Below, one piece after another: positions 28,300-35,925 of a stretch of 64,000 bases of DNA. Source of the stretch: a virus. Taxonomy: Duplodnaviria; Heunggongvirae; Uroviricota; Caudoviricetes. The translations under genes and the position numbers were made by a program. The stretch lies in IMG/VR virus record IMGVR_UViG_3300025889_000082, positions 41,348 to 105,347 of that record; one strand, 5' to 3'. A model generated the notes under the pieces. It saw only the letters and a program-made list of their open reading frames with translations, ran no database searches and was not told the DNA's origin. Position 1 is the stretch's first letter. Every line of letters starts with the position of its first letter.

Positions 28300-28527
28300 C
28301 TAACCTAGCCTTAATTTATTGTCTTCCCATAATATACTGACATTCAGCTCTTTACACCACTGATTGAACTTTTCACGTTCTTCAGGTGTAAATGGTTTAA
28401 CTGACTTCACTGTAATTTTGGGTCTGTCTTCTGTCTTTTGTTTGCCTTTGAATAGTTCTAATACACTTTTCATAGCTAATTCATTTTCGTTAATAATTGT
28501 TTTATTCTGTTTCATGGTCTGAGTCAT
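28300..28527 (-). CDS. hypothetical protein (start uncertain: 28527, 28515 or 28599)
   Basis: The track ORF 28300..28599 overlaps the upstream gene by 98 nt. Internal Mets at 28527 and 28515 remove the overlap. Confidence 0.3.
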   Translation of the reverse strand: MTQTMKQNKTIINENELAMKSVLELFKGKQKTEDRPKITVKSVKPFTPEEREKFNQWCKELNVSILWEDNKLRLG

Positions 28528-29134
28528 GTTTAGGACAAGAATCTTGTTGATTTCTATATTCACCATTGACAATCCTGTCATCTTCAGTGAATCCAGCACT
28601 GTCTATGTCTGGTTCTTCATCATGTGTCCAATCATCTATATCATCCCAATCATCATCATAGTCATCATATGGCTCATCATGTACTCCTGGATAAGCTAAT
28701 GTCACCTTATCCATATATATTAGAGGAACAATGATTTCATCATCTTCCAAGCCAGTGATGTATGTATCATCTATCTCTATCTCTATTTCAGAGTTATAGT
28801 CTGATAGTATCATATTAATATCTTTGAGCTCTATATCTCTCATTTCATCAGAGCTTGGATCATCATCCCACCAACCTATTTGCTCAGCTGTAGCTAATGT
28901 AATAGCTGGTTCATCTGGATTGGCTGTGATGGTCATTATCCTAGGTTTAACAGGATAGCCATTTGTTGATAAATAAGAGTCTGTGTCTTCTGGTATATGA
29001 TTGAGCTCAAATATCTTGTCATATTCATAAACTCTACCATATATAATGTCTTTAATTCTTTGTTTGAACCACATACCTGTAGTTAATGTATTAGGTATGT
29101 AAGACTCAAATACTAGTTTAGCTATTATAAACAT
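28502..29134 (-). CDS. highly acidic hypothetical protein
   Basis: 210 aa with a DDYDDDWDDIDDWTHDEEPDID tract. A DNA-mimic or anti-host role is possible (inference). Confidence 0.4.
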   Translation of the reverse strand: MFIIAKLVFESYIPNTLTTGMWFKQRIKDIIYGRVYEYDKIFELNHIPEDTDSYLSTNGYPVKPRIMTITANPDEPAITLATAEQIGWWDDDPSSDEMRDIELKDINMILSDYNSEIEIEIDDTYITGLEDDEIIVPLIYMDKVTLAYPGVHDEPYDDYDDDWDDIDDWTHDEEPDIDSAGFTEDDRIVNGEYRNQQDSCPKHDSDHETE

Positions 29135-29339
29135 AATTTGTTATTTAGATGGTAAATATAATAAAAATAGTTGTTCTGGCACAACTACAAGCCCCCCTGA
29201 TTTCCTTAATCATGTATTTAACGAACAAACCCCATACATACACTCCATGAAAATGCAGGAAACCTATGTCTAGCCCAACCCTGAGGCAAGGGTCAAGGGA
29301 ATGTTTCAAGTGTGTGGGTATATCTTTAGCTTTGGTAAG

Positions 29340-29378
29340 ATGTAAAAAGAACCCCACTGGGGGAAGTGAGGTTCTCTA
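29340..29378 (-). terminator. rho-independent terminator (- strand)
   Basis: agaaccccact-ggggga-agtgaggttct (11-bp stem with one mismatch). The - strand continues TTTTTAC. Confidence 0.5.
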
Positions 29379-29407
29379 ACATACACACAATTACCAACTA
29401 GCCAATA

Positions 29408-29626
29408 TTATTTTATAATGGACATCTCATCTATGTCTCCTTCACTTACAAGGTATAATAATACTGTACCCAAGCAATAGAAGAAATCAACTGATATCCA
29501 TAATGCTGATGTAATAGCAGCATGATACTCAAATGAGAACCATGTAAGCACCATAAAGAATGCTAAAAGAATGTAAGGAATGCTCCATAGGAACATAATG
29601 TTAATTAAATGTTTAATAAGCTTCAT
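29408..29626 (-). CDS. small membrane protein (two TM helices)
   Basis: 72 aa: IMFLWSIPYILLAFFMVLTWF and AITSALWISVDFFYCLGTVLLYLV. Holin-like topology (inference only). Confidence 0.4.
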   Translation of the reverse strand: MKLIKHLINIMFLWSIPYILLAFFMVLTWFSFEYHAAITSALWISVDFFYCLGTVLLYLVSEGDIDEMSIIK

Positions 29627-29656
29627 AACTAATTGATTGTGTTTGTGTTGTGTGTA

Positions 29657-29914
29657 TTAATTGTTATTTTCATTAAATAAACCCATTATCTTCTCATGCT
29701 TGGCTAGGTCAGATAGCATATCATCAGCTGTCATATGCTTCTTTTCCATAAGATATTTCATCATAACCATCTGCATTACAAAGACTAAATAACCCTTAGA
29801 CTCATCTGAAGGGTCATCGTGGTATTTCTCAATACCCATTTCAACCTGTTTTACTAAATGTTTAAATGATAGCACTTCTACCATTGTTGTCATTAAATGA
29901 TCTTGACTGTCCAT
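29657..29914 (-). CDS. hypothetical protein
   Basis: 85-aa ORF. Confidence 0.35.
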   Translation of the reverse strand: MDSQDHLMTTMVEVLSFKHLVKQVEMGIEKYHDDPSDESKGYLVFVMQMVMMKYLMEKKHMTADDMLSDLAKHEKIMGLFNENNN

Positions 29915-30010
29915 TGTTAATTGTATTATTGGTTAATAAATAATGTGTAAAATATACACACATCGCCTTTGGTAAGCATAGAAGGCTAATAATCCTAGAT
30001 GTGTGTGTGT

Positions 30011-30277
30011 TTATTTCTGTTGAGCAATTAATTCTTTTATCTTCTTCTGATGCTTTTCTCTCTCAAACTGAGCATACTCTTCAGTGTGGAATTTAAGCAC
30101 TTTTGTATCATCTGTTCCCTCTGCAGATTCTCTTCCACCATACTTAATCTTACCTAAATGTCCCCAGAAGTACATATCTCTAACCATCTCAATGGCTTCA
30201 AGTTCGTCTTCTGTCTCTCTAATAATCTTGTAACCACATAGTTTATTATTGTGGTCTTTAATAAGTTCTAATTTCAT
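30011..30277 (-). CDS. hypothetical protein
   Basis: 88-aa ORF. Confidence 0.35.
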   Translation of the reverse strand: MKLELIKDHNNKLCGYKIIRETEDELEAIEMVRDMYFWGHLGKIKYGGRESAEGTDDTKVLKFHTEEYAQFEREKHQKKIKELIAQQK

Positions 30278-30511
30278 AATTGTGTGTGTTGGTTAATAAT
30301 AAATGGATTTTATGCCTCAATCCATAAAGCCTCTATTCAATGAAGTAGAATAGATAAACTCCTTAATAATGATTATAACTAAACTATTGCTTTACAGAAT
30401 GAATAGTTTTGCCTGAAACATGTTATAATCTAAATCCCTCTGCACTCAGCCTGGATATTGGTATTCCTTGACTCATTTGACTGTCTATCCTTGGGAAATA
30501 GAAATGGTGCA

Positions 30512-30715
30512 TTATACATAAACTGTTATTCTCTGTAGATACTCACTAAACCTACTAATGTTATAAGTGTAATCAACAGACTTAACTATATAATCTTTAA
30601 CATCATTAGTATGTTCATCTATAACAGTTACTCTTTCTCCTACCCTAGGAACAATATCTGATGTAATAGATACTACATATTCATCTTCTAGTTGTGTTCT
30701 GATGTATATTGTCAT
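30512..30715 (-). CDS. hypothetical protein
   Basis: 67-aa ORF. Confidence 0.3.
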   Translation of the reverse strand: MTIYIRTQLEDEYVVSITSDIVPRVGERVTVIDEHTNDVKDYIVKSVDYTYNISRFSEYLQRITVYV

Positions 30716-30879
30716 ATAATTGTCATTTAATGCTATATATATTCTATTATGTATAGCTGATTATTGAATGGTGTGAAAAAGTGGTGAAAAGTGGTTATTT
30801 GACACACACCTAATAAAACATTCACATAAAACATATTGAAAATCAATGTGTTATGTTGTCTGATGTAATAATGTTGTAT

Positions 30880-30908
30880 AAAAAAAGGGGCACTTGGCCC
30901 CTTTCTTA
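30880..30908 (-). terminator. rho-independent terminator (- strand)
   Basis: aggggc-cacttg-gcccct stem. The - strand reads stem then TTTTTTTATAC. Confidence 0.55.
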
Positions 30909-31319
30909 TTAATAAGCAACTAACTCATCATAACTAACAGCTTGCTTAACTGTGCTATTGTTAATTACAAACTCTTCTTCTTCGCCACCTTTACCAACTG
31001 GTGCACAGATGGTAGTGATTTTGCCATCAATGCTCTCACAGATGTTAAGGTTTAAGATGGCACCAAGCACATCATTCTTGGTTGCACCATTCTCAAGAGC
31101 TTTCTTAACTGTTGCACTAACACGCTTGCTCAAAGGACAAGTGGTGCTAGTACCATCTTTTAATGTTAATACCATTGACATTGCTTTGATAAGGCCATCA
31201 TTGAACTTAGCAATAGTGCCTGGACAAAACTTAACGCTTCCACCTGCGTGCAAGCTTGCAACTGTTCCCAACTCTGTTAGTCTTGGAGTGCTAACATACT
31301 CTTTGTAAATTAATGCCAT
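30909..31319 (-). CDS. hypothetical protein (start reassigned to MALIYKEY at 31319)
   Basis: First gene of the leftward arm. The track's N-terminal extension reads through the GC-rich switch region and is unlikely. Confidence 0.4.
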   Translation of the reverse strand: MALIYKEYVSTPRLTELGTVASLHAGGSVKFCPGTIAKFNDGLIKAMSMVLTLKDGTSTTCPLSKRVSATVKKALENGATKNDVLGAILNLNICESIDGKITTICAPVGKGGEEEEFVINNSTVKQAVSYDELVAY

Positions 31320-31713
31320 TGTTTTTCGTTTTAGGCTGTTAAAGAATAGGGGGGATGTGTCAATCCCCCATTTGCAGGAGGGGTAGTCAACTGGAAGTAG
31401 GCTCCTCTCCCATGGACACAGCAGGTAGGGGGGATAGGGGAAAATTTTGGGCTGGGCTAGAAAATTTGGAATGTAGTCCAAGCACAGGATTGTTCCACGT
31501 GGAACATTTGTCCAGTTATCACTTGACAAAACTGGACATTTGGTAAAGGTATAACTTGTCTTATAACACCCTTTCAGGTATAAACTTGTCCTTTATATGG
31601 GACATTATAACCTATGGGGTATAAAAATAAATTTGGTTGGTATTGTAAATACCCCTTACCTTTGAGGGTGGAGGGTGGGGAATAAACCCCAGCTTTGACA
31701 AAGACAATATATT

Positions 31714-31965
31714 ATGATAGTATTAGTATTAAAGGTGTTAGCTTGTATCGTTGGGTTGTTGACAGTAATAGTGTTAACAATGGGATTTATGTATTTTGAG
31801 GAATGGGAGATAGGAATAGAGTTATTGCCTAAGGGATATAATAACTTTGAGCTAGGTGTGTCTAACAGAAACTACAACCTAGAGGATGATGGACAGGAGC
31901 AGGAATTGAGGATTGGGCTCTTGTTGTTTACATTTATTGCTGTGTTTAGGAGATTTGACGCATAA
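31714..31965 (+). CDS. possible small membrane protein inside the switch region (doubtful)
   Basis: 83-aa ORF with two hydrophobic helices. Its ATG sits inside a TTGACA-N17-TAGTAT promoter-like element. Confidence 0.2.
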   Translation: MIVLVLKVLACIVGLLTVIVLTMGFMYFEEWEIGIELLPKGYNNFELGVSNRNYNLEDDGQEQELRIGLLLFTFIAVFRRFDA

Positions 31966-32000
31966 TATAGCATTAAAATTTTTAATAACTAAAATAGTTA

Positions 32001-32031
32001 TTTGTAGATAGCCCAGATATACATACCTTTG
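32001..32031 (+). promoter_or_regulatory. Bacteroidetes sigmaA-type promoter of the late arm (TTTG-N19-TAccTTTG)
   Basis: TTTG at 32001-32004, a 19-nt spacer, then TACCTTTG at 32024-32031, which matches the -33/-7 consensus TTTG / TAnnTTTG. ATG of the first late gene is at 32044. Confidence 0.5.
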
Positions 32032-32043
32032 TATCAACTAATT

Positions 32044-32394
32044 ATGGAAACTAAATCAATTGTACAACGACTTAAAACATCTGTTAAGGACAGTGTTGCC
32101 ATGGCTGAGAAGTATTATAGAATACTGTCAGCTGTCAACAACCTTAAACTGACTAATAGGGAGGTGCAATTAATTGCATTTGCTGCTACAAAGGGAAACA
32201 TTTCATATGCTAACATACGTAAGGAATTCTGTGAGAAATATGGAAGCACTCCCCCAGCTATTAATAATATTGTAAGCAAGCTGAAGAAGATGGGTATATT
32301 TATAAAGGATGGGACAAAGGTGAAGGTGAACCCCATCATCCTCCTAAACTTCGAGAAGAATGTTGTCTTACAAATAACTCTTACACATGGATAA
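32044..32394 (+). CDS. winged-helix (MarR-like) transcriptional regulator; ATG at 32044, since the track start at 32029 is a TTG
   Basis: LTNREVQLIAFAATKGNISYANIRKEFCEKYGSTPPAINNIVSKLKKMGIF follows the MarR pattern (LT..E..VL..L…G.IS..ELA..LG.S.S.VS…KKLEEKGLI). Confidence 0.45.
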   Translation: METKSIVQRLKTSVKDSVAMAEKYYRILSAVNNLKLTNREVQLIAFAATKGNISYANIRKEFCEKYGSTPPAINNIVSKLKKMGIFIKDGTKVKVNPIILLNFEKNVVLQITLTHG

Positions 32395-32773
32395 GCCTAT
32401 AAGTATGTCTGTCAAGGACTTCCTTATTAGGACGCTGGCAGTGAAGATGATGGTGTCTGAGAAGACAATTGAGACAGTGGTGAACCACCAGTTTCAGTCA
32501 GCTAACGAGGCAATGGATGTGAACAACAGTTTAGAAATCTCTGGCTTTGGTAAGTTTTATTTCAATGAGAAGAAGGCTAAGAAAAGGCTTCAGGTGTTGG
32601 AAGAGAAGAGAAAAGCCATGCAGAAATATTCAACAGATGAGACGTTGTCTGAACAAAGACGAAAGACGTCCAAGGTGACACTAGAAAAAACAGAAGCTCT
32701 GATCAACTTATTAAAAAACAAGGTGACTTATGAAGATCAACTTCTCCCAGATTTACGAGGGATGGAAGAATAA
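32387..32773 (+). CDS. HU/IHF-family DNA-binding protein
   Basis: …MSVKDFLIRTLAV…KTIETVVNHQFQSANEAMDVNNSLEISGFGKFYFNEKKA… Helix-turn then a beta-arm with the GFGKF signature of Bacteroidetes HU-like proteins. Basic C-terminal extension. Confidence 0.65.
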   Translation: MDKPISMSVKDFLIRTLAVKMMVSEKTIETVVNHQFQSANEAMDVNNSLEISGFGKFYFNEKKAKKRLQVLEEKRKAMQKYSTDETLSEQRRKTSKVTLEKTEALINLLKNKVTYEDQLLPDLRGMEE

Positions 32774-32792
32774 CCTCTTTCCAGCTGATGAC

Positions 32793-33077
32793 ATGAAAGA
32801 ACGCATTAGACAGATTAGTCAAGAACGTATGGCTATCTGTGATGCATGTGAGTGGTGTTCTGAGAATAGGCCCAAAAAGCCTAGAAGATTTGACAAACAC
32901 TGCACTCATTGTGGATGTACCCTAGCAGCCAAGACTAGATGTTTATCTTGTGCCTGCCCCATAGAAAAATGGGGAACTGAAATGGAATCTAGGGAGGAAG
33001 AAGAACAATTAATCCAAACAATATATGGCAAACAGGGAAGTGAAAATAGAGAAGATTCCACTGGACAAGCTAATTGA
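32793..33077 (+). CDS. Cys-rich zinc-finger protein (start reassigned to MKERIRQ)
   Basis: CDACEWC…CTHCGC…CLSCAC: three CxxC-type knuckles. Confidence 0.35.
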   Translation: MKERIRQISQERMAICDACEWCSENRPKKPRRFDKHCTHCGCTLAAKTRCLSCACPIEKWGTEMESREEEEQLIQTIYGKQGSENREDSTGQAN

Positions 33078-33279
33078 TACGCTTGTTGAACTGTATAACA
33101 AAGGAATAGATTATGTAGATATAGCTGGTGTGCCTGGTAAAGAGTTTGATAGGTTGGCTATAGGATTTAATAAAGAATATATGACAGAACAGGGAAAAAA
33201 GAACTTTGCAGAACTTGATGAAGAGTTAGAAATCAAGCCAGGCAAGTTAACTGATGATGACCTAAACTACTTAATATAA
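33025..33279 (+). CDS. hypothetical protein (candidate small terminase by position)
   Basis: 84-aa ORF upstream of the large terminase. Positional inference only. Confidence 0.3.
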   Translation: MANREVKIEKIPLDKLIDTLVELYNKGIDYVDIAGVPGKEFDRLAIGFNKEYMTEQGKKNFAELDEELEIKPGKLTDDDLNYLI

Positions 33280-33567
33280 ATGAGTAAAAAGAACCACTAT
33301 AAAGAAGTGATTCATATCCTTGAAGAACTATATAGAGATTTTCCAACATATAATGTAGGAAGACATTTAGCTACAGCTTTGGATGGATATGGAGATATAT
33401 GGGGAATAACAGACAAAGAATTGGCATTTGCTCTAAGCAAATACAAAGCTGAGATAGAAATGGATGTCCCTCATACAGATGAGTCTGAACTAGATAAAAT
33501 AATCAAAGAGGGAATGGACCTCGAAAATATCCTCAAGGAGGAGGATGATGAAGATGGCAACTATTAA
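33280..33567 (+). CDS. hypothetical acidic protein
   Basis: 95-aa ORF. Confidence 0.35.
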   Translation: MSKKNHYKEVIHILEELYRDFPTYNVGRHLATALDGYGDIWGITDKELAFALSKYKAEIEMDVPHTDESELDKIIKEGMDLENILKEEDDEDGNY

Positions 33568-33886
33568 AAAAACTACATACATCAACACAGAGCTTGAATG
33601 GGCTGAAGCACAGCTGAAGTCTTGGAAAGCTTATGTAGATGCAAATCCTCTTCATGAACTGAAGGACAGGATTGAATGGAAACCTACAGCTAAGGGTGGA
33701 ATGCTTCCTATGGTCATAGCAAGTATAGAAGCTCAGGGTAAGTTTGTCCAAGAGACAATGAAGAATTACCTAGCGTTAGTAGAAGTGGTTGATAAACTCA
33801 GAAGTGCAGAAGAAGCTAAGGTGGAAGTGAGAGGTAAGGGAGAACTATCTGGAGCAGCTGAAGACTGGCTGAAGAATAGAAAATAA
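33545..33886 (+). CDS. hypothetical protein (candidate small terminase by position)
   Basis: 113-aa coiled-coil-like ORF whose stop overlaps the TerL ATG (TAATG). Confidence 0.35.
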   Translation: MMKMATIKKTTYINTELEWAEAQLKSWKAYVDANPLHELKDRIEWKPTAKGGMLPMVIASIEAQGKFVQETMKNYLALVEVVDKLRSAEEAKVEVRGKGELSGAAEDWLKNRK

Positions 33887-35925
33887 TGGAACTACAAAAT
33901 ATAGATTATAAAGACTGGTTTATTAATCAGAAGCGTCTGCCTGACAAAGATTCAGCAGAATATAAACCTTTCTTTGATTTCCATAAACAACTTTGCTTGG
34001 ATGGTGCAATGATGAATGGGGTGTATATTAACCCTTTTTTATATTGGCATTTAAACATCTGGCACACAGAGGTAGATATTATAGATGATAAAGGACGTAT
34101 ATTTCAAAAATATGCTAATCCTCTACTTAGAGATAATGAATGGCTTGTGACAAATGAAATTGACAGAGCTAATCAAGAAAAGAAAGGCTTAGTCATTCTA
34201 GGTATTAGACGTTTTGCCAAGTCAGTTTTAGAAGCTTCCTATATTGCATGGGGAGCTACATTTGATGAAAACTCACAGAACATCATTGCTGGATTGAATG
34301 CAGCAGATATTAAACTTATTACAGATAAGATTGATAAAGGACTAAACTTTATCCCTGAATATTGGAGATGGCAGAGAGTGGAAGACAACTGGAAAAATCA
34401 GGTTACATTAGGTATCAAGACTAAGGCAGGGGAACGTATTCCCTTCTCTCAAATCTTGATACGTAACTTAGATGAAGGTAATAATGAAGAGGCTATTGCA
34501 GGTACTAAACCACGTAAATTAATTATAGATGAGATTGGTAAAGGTAATTTTCTCAGAGGGTTTCAGGCAGCTGTGCCAGGTTTTACAACTCCATATGGAT
34601 GGGGTTGCTCTCCTATTCTTACAGGTACTGGTGGTGATATGAAGAGATTCATGGATGCTAAATCCTTGATGTTTGATGTAAACAACTATAACTTTTTAGA
34701 TTATAATAATGAAAAGGATGAAAAGCGTATACATGGCTTGTTCATTCCTGCTAAGTATAGAATGGAGGCAAAAGTGGAATCAACACTTGGAGCTTTTCTA
34801 AATGAACCAAAAAACTCAGACTTACATAATATTAAGATGTTAGTAAGTGATGAAGCCAAAGCAAAAGAGATTACAGAAACTAACTTAGAAAGACTTAAGA
34901 AGGCTGGAGATAGAAGTATGTATTTAAAAGAAAAGATGTATTACCCACTTGAAGTGGATGATATATTCTTAAATGAGGATACAAATATATTTGATATAGA
35001 GGCTGCTAAGAGACAGAAATTCAGACTGTTACAACAAGAGAAAACAGGTGTTCCTGTTACATTGTTTCATGATGAAGATAAGATAGGTCATGAGTTTACA
35101 GACAAACAACCTATTACAAATTTTCCTCTTAAGCCTTCAGATTTAAAAGATGCACCTGTAGTAATATATGAATTTCCTATAGAAAATCCACCATATGGAT
35201 TGTATGTAGCTGGAGTTGACCCTTATAGACAGGGTAAATCAGCATATAGCTCCTCATTAGGGGCTGTCTACATTTACAAACGTATGCATGATTTGACAGG
35301 TGAGAAATATCAGGACATGTTCGTAGCATCCTATGTAGCAAGACCTGATAATAAAGATCACTGGAATGAGCAGGCTAGATTGTTAATTAAATATTACAAT
35401 GCTAGAACCTTATGTGAGAATGATGATATATCCTTTATTGAATATATGAAGAGTAAAGGAGATGCTCACCTTTTAGAAAGACAACCTGACTGGTTAAAAG
35501 AAATTGTTCCAAACACCACTGTAAAAAGAGAGTATGGTATACACAGATCTGCACAAAAGATAATTGACTATCTTCACACATGTCTTAAAAAATATATGGA
35601 AAGTCCTATCTTTGTAGAGAAGAATGAAGAAGGTCAGGTGATTAGAGAAGTGCTAGGAGTGAGTAAGATATTTGATCCTGTATTGTTAGAAGAAGTTATA
35701 CAATACAATGACCAAGATAACTTTGATAGAATCATTGCTGCTGAGCTTGCCATAGCACAAGCTTTAAAGATGGACCCTATTATGGGTAAGATAGGTGGCA
35801 CATCTGATGAAAGAGTGGCATCTATGTTTAAGAAAAAAAGAGGAAATGTTCTTTTCACTGAGGCTAGAGCAAATATGTTTGGACAATCTAAAAATAAATA
35901 TAAACGCAATAAATTGTTTTCATAA
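33886..35925 (+). CDS. terL: terminase large subunit
   Basis: 679 aa. Deviant Walker A LVILGIRRFAKSVL. Walker B KLIIDEIGKG. C-terminal RNase-H-like nuclease acidic motif YVAGVDPYRQG. Sits directly before the portal gene. Confidence 0.6.
   Translation: MELQNIDYKDWFINQKRLPDKDSAEYKPFFDFHKQLCLDGAMMNGVYINPFLYWHLNIWHTEVDIIDDKGRIFQKYANPLLRDNEWLVTNEIDRANQEKKGLVILGIRRFAKSVLEASYIAWGATFDENSQNIIAGLNAADIKLITDKIDKGLNFIPEYWRWQRVEDNWKNQVTLGIKTKAGERIPFSQILIRNLDEGNNEEAIAGTKPRKLIIDEIGKGNFLRGFQAAVPGFTTPYGWGCSPILTGTGGDMKRFMDAKSLMFDVNNYNFLDYNNEKDEKRIHGLFIPAKYRMEAKVESTLGAFLNEPKNSDLHNIKMLVSDEAKAKEITETNLERLKKAGDRSMYLKEKMYYPLEVDDIFLNEDTNIFDIEAAKRQKFRLLQQEKTGVPVTLFHDEDKIGHEFTDKQPITNFPLKPSDLKDAPVVIYEFPIENPPYGLYVAGVDPYRQGKSAYSSSLGAVYIYKRMHDLTGEKYQDMFVASYVARPDNKDHWNEQARLLIKYYNARTLCENDDISFIEYMKSKGDAHLLERQPDWLKEIVPNTTVKREYGIHRSAQKIIDYLHTCLKKYMESPIFVEKNEEGQVIREVLGVSKIFDPVLLEEVIQYNDQDNFDRIIAAELAIAQALKMDPIMGKIGGTSDERVASMFKKKRGNVLFTEARANMFGQSKNKYKRNKLFS

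Larger units (their letters stand above)
31320..32043. promoter_or_regulatory. divergent-transcription switch region with a 14-bp palindrome, inverted repeats, direct repeats and promoter-like boxes
   Basis: About 720 bp non-coding, with GC-elevated blocks. Perfect palindrome GTTCCACGTGGAAC (~31487-31500). TTGTCCAGTT-N13(contains TTGACA)-AACTGGACA inverted repeat. Direct repeats aGGTATAAcTTGTCtt / aGGTATAAaCTTGTCcttt. GGGGTAT-N26-ATACCCC inverted repeat. The late-arm promoter sits at the right end. Confidence 0.5.

Noticed and set aside
29145-29357. 70-aa ORF on the - strand in the GC-elevated intergenic region.
   Set aside because: It runs through a terminator hairpin, has no coupled start, and has atypical composition. 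More likely non-coding.
31355-31546. 63-aa ORF on the + strand inside the switch region (MCQSPICRRGSQLEV…).
   Set aside because: It lies across palindromes and GC blocks of the regulatory region. No promoter or start context; composition unlike neighbouring genes.
32029-32043. ORF-track start at 32029 for the first late gene.
   Set aside because: The codon at 32029 is TTG and overlaps the -7 promoter box. The ATG at 32044 (METKS…) is the plausible start.
33886-35925. Alternative reading of the 679-aa protein as a helicase or other ATPase rather than the large terminase.
   Set aside because: A single deviant Walker A, a hhhhDE Walker B and a C-terminal acidic nuclease-like motif (GVDPY) fit TerL, as does the size and the position directly before the portal-sized gene. 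This remains a motif- and position-based call.
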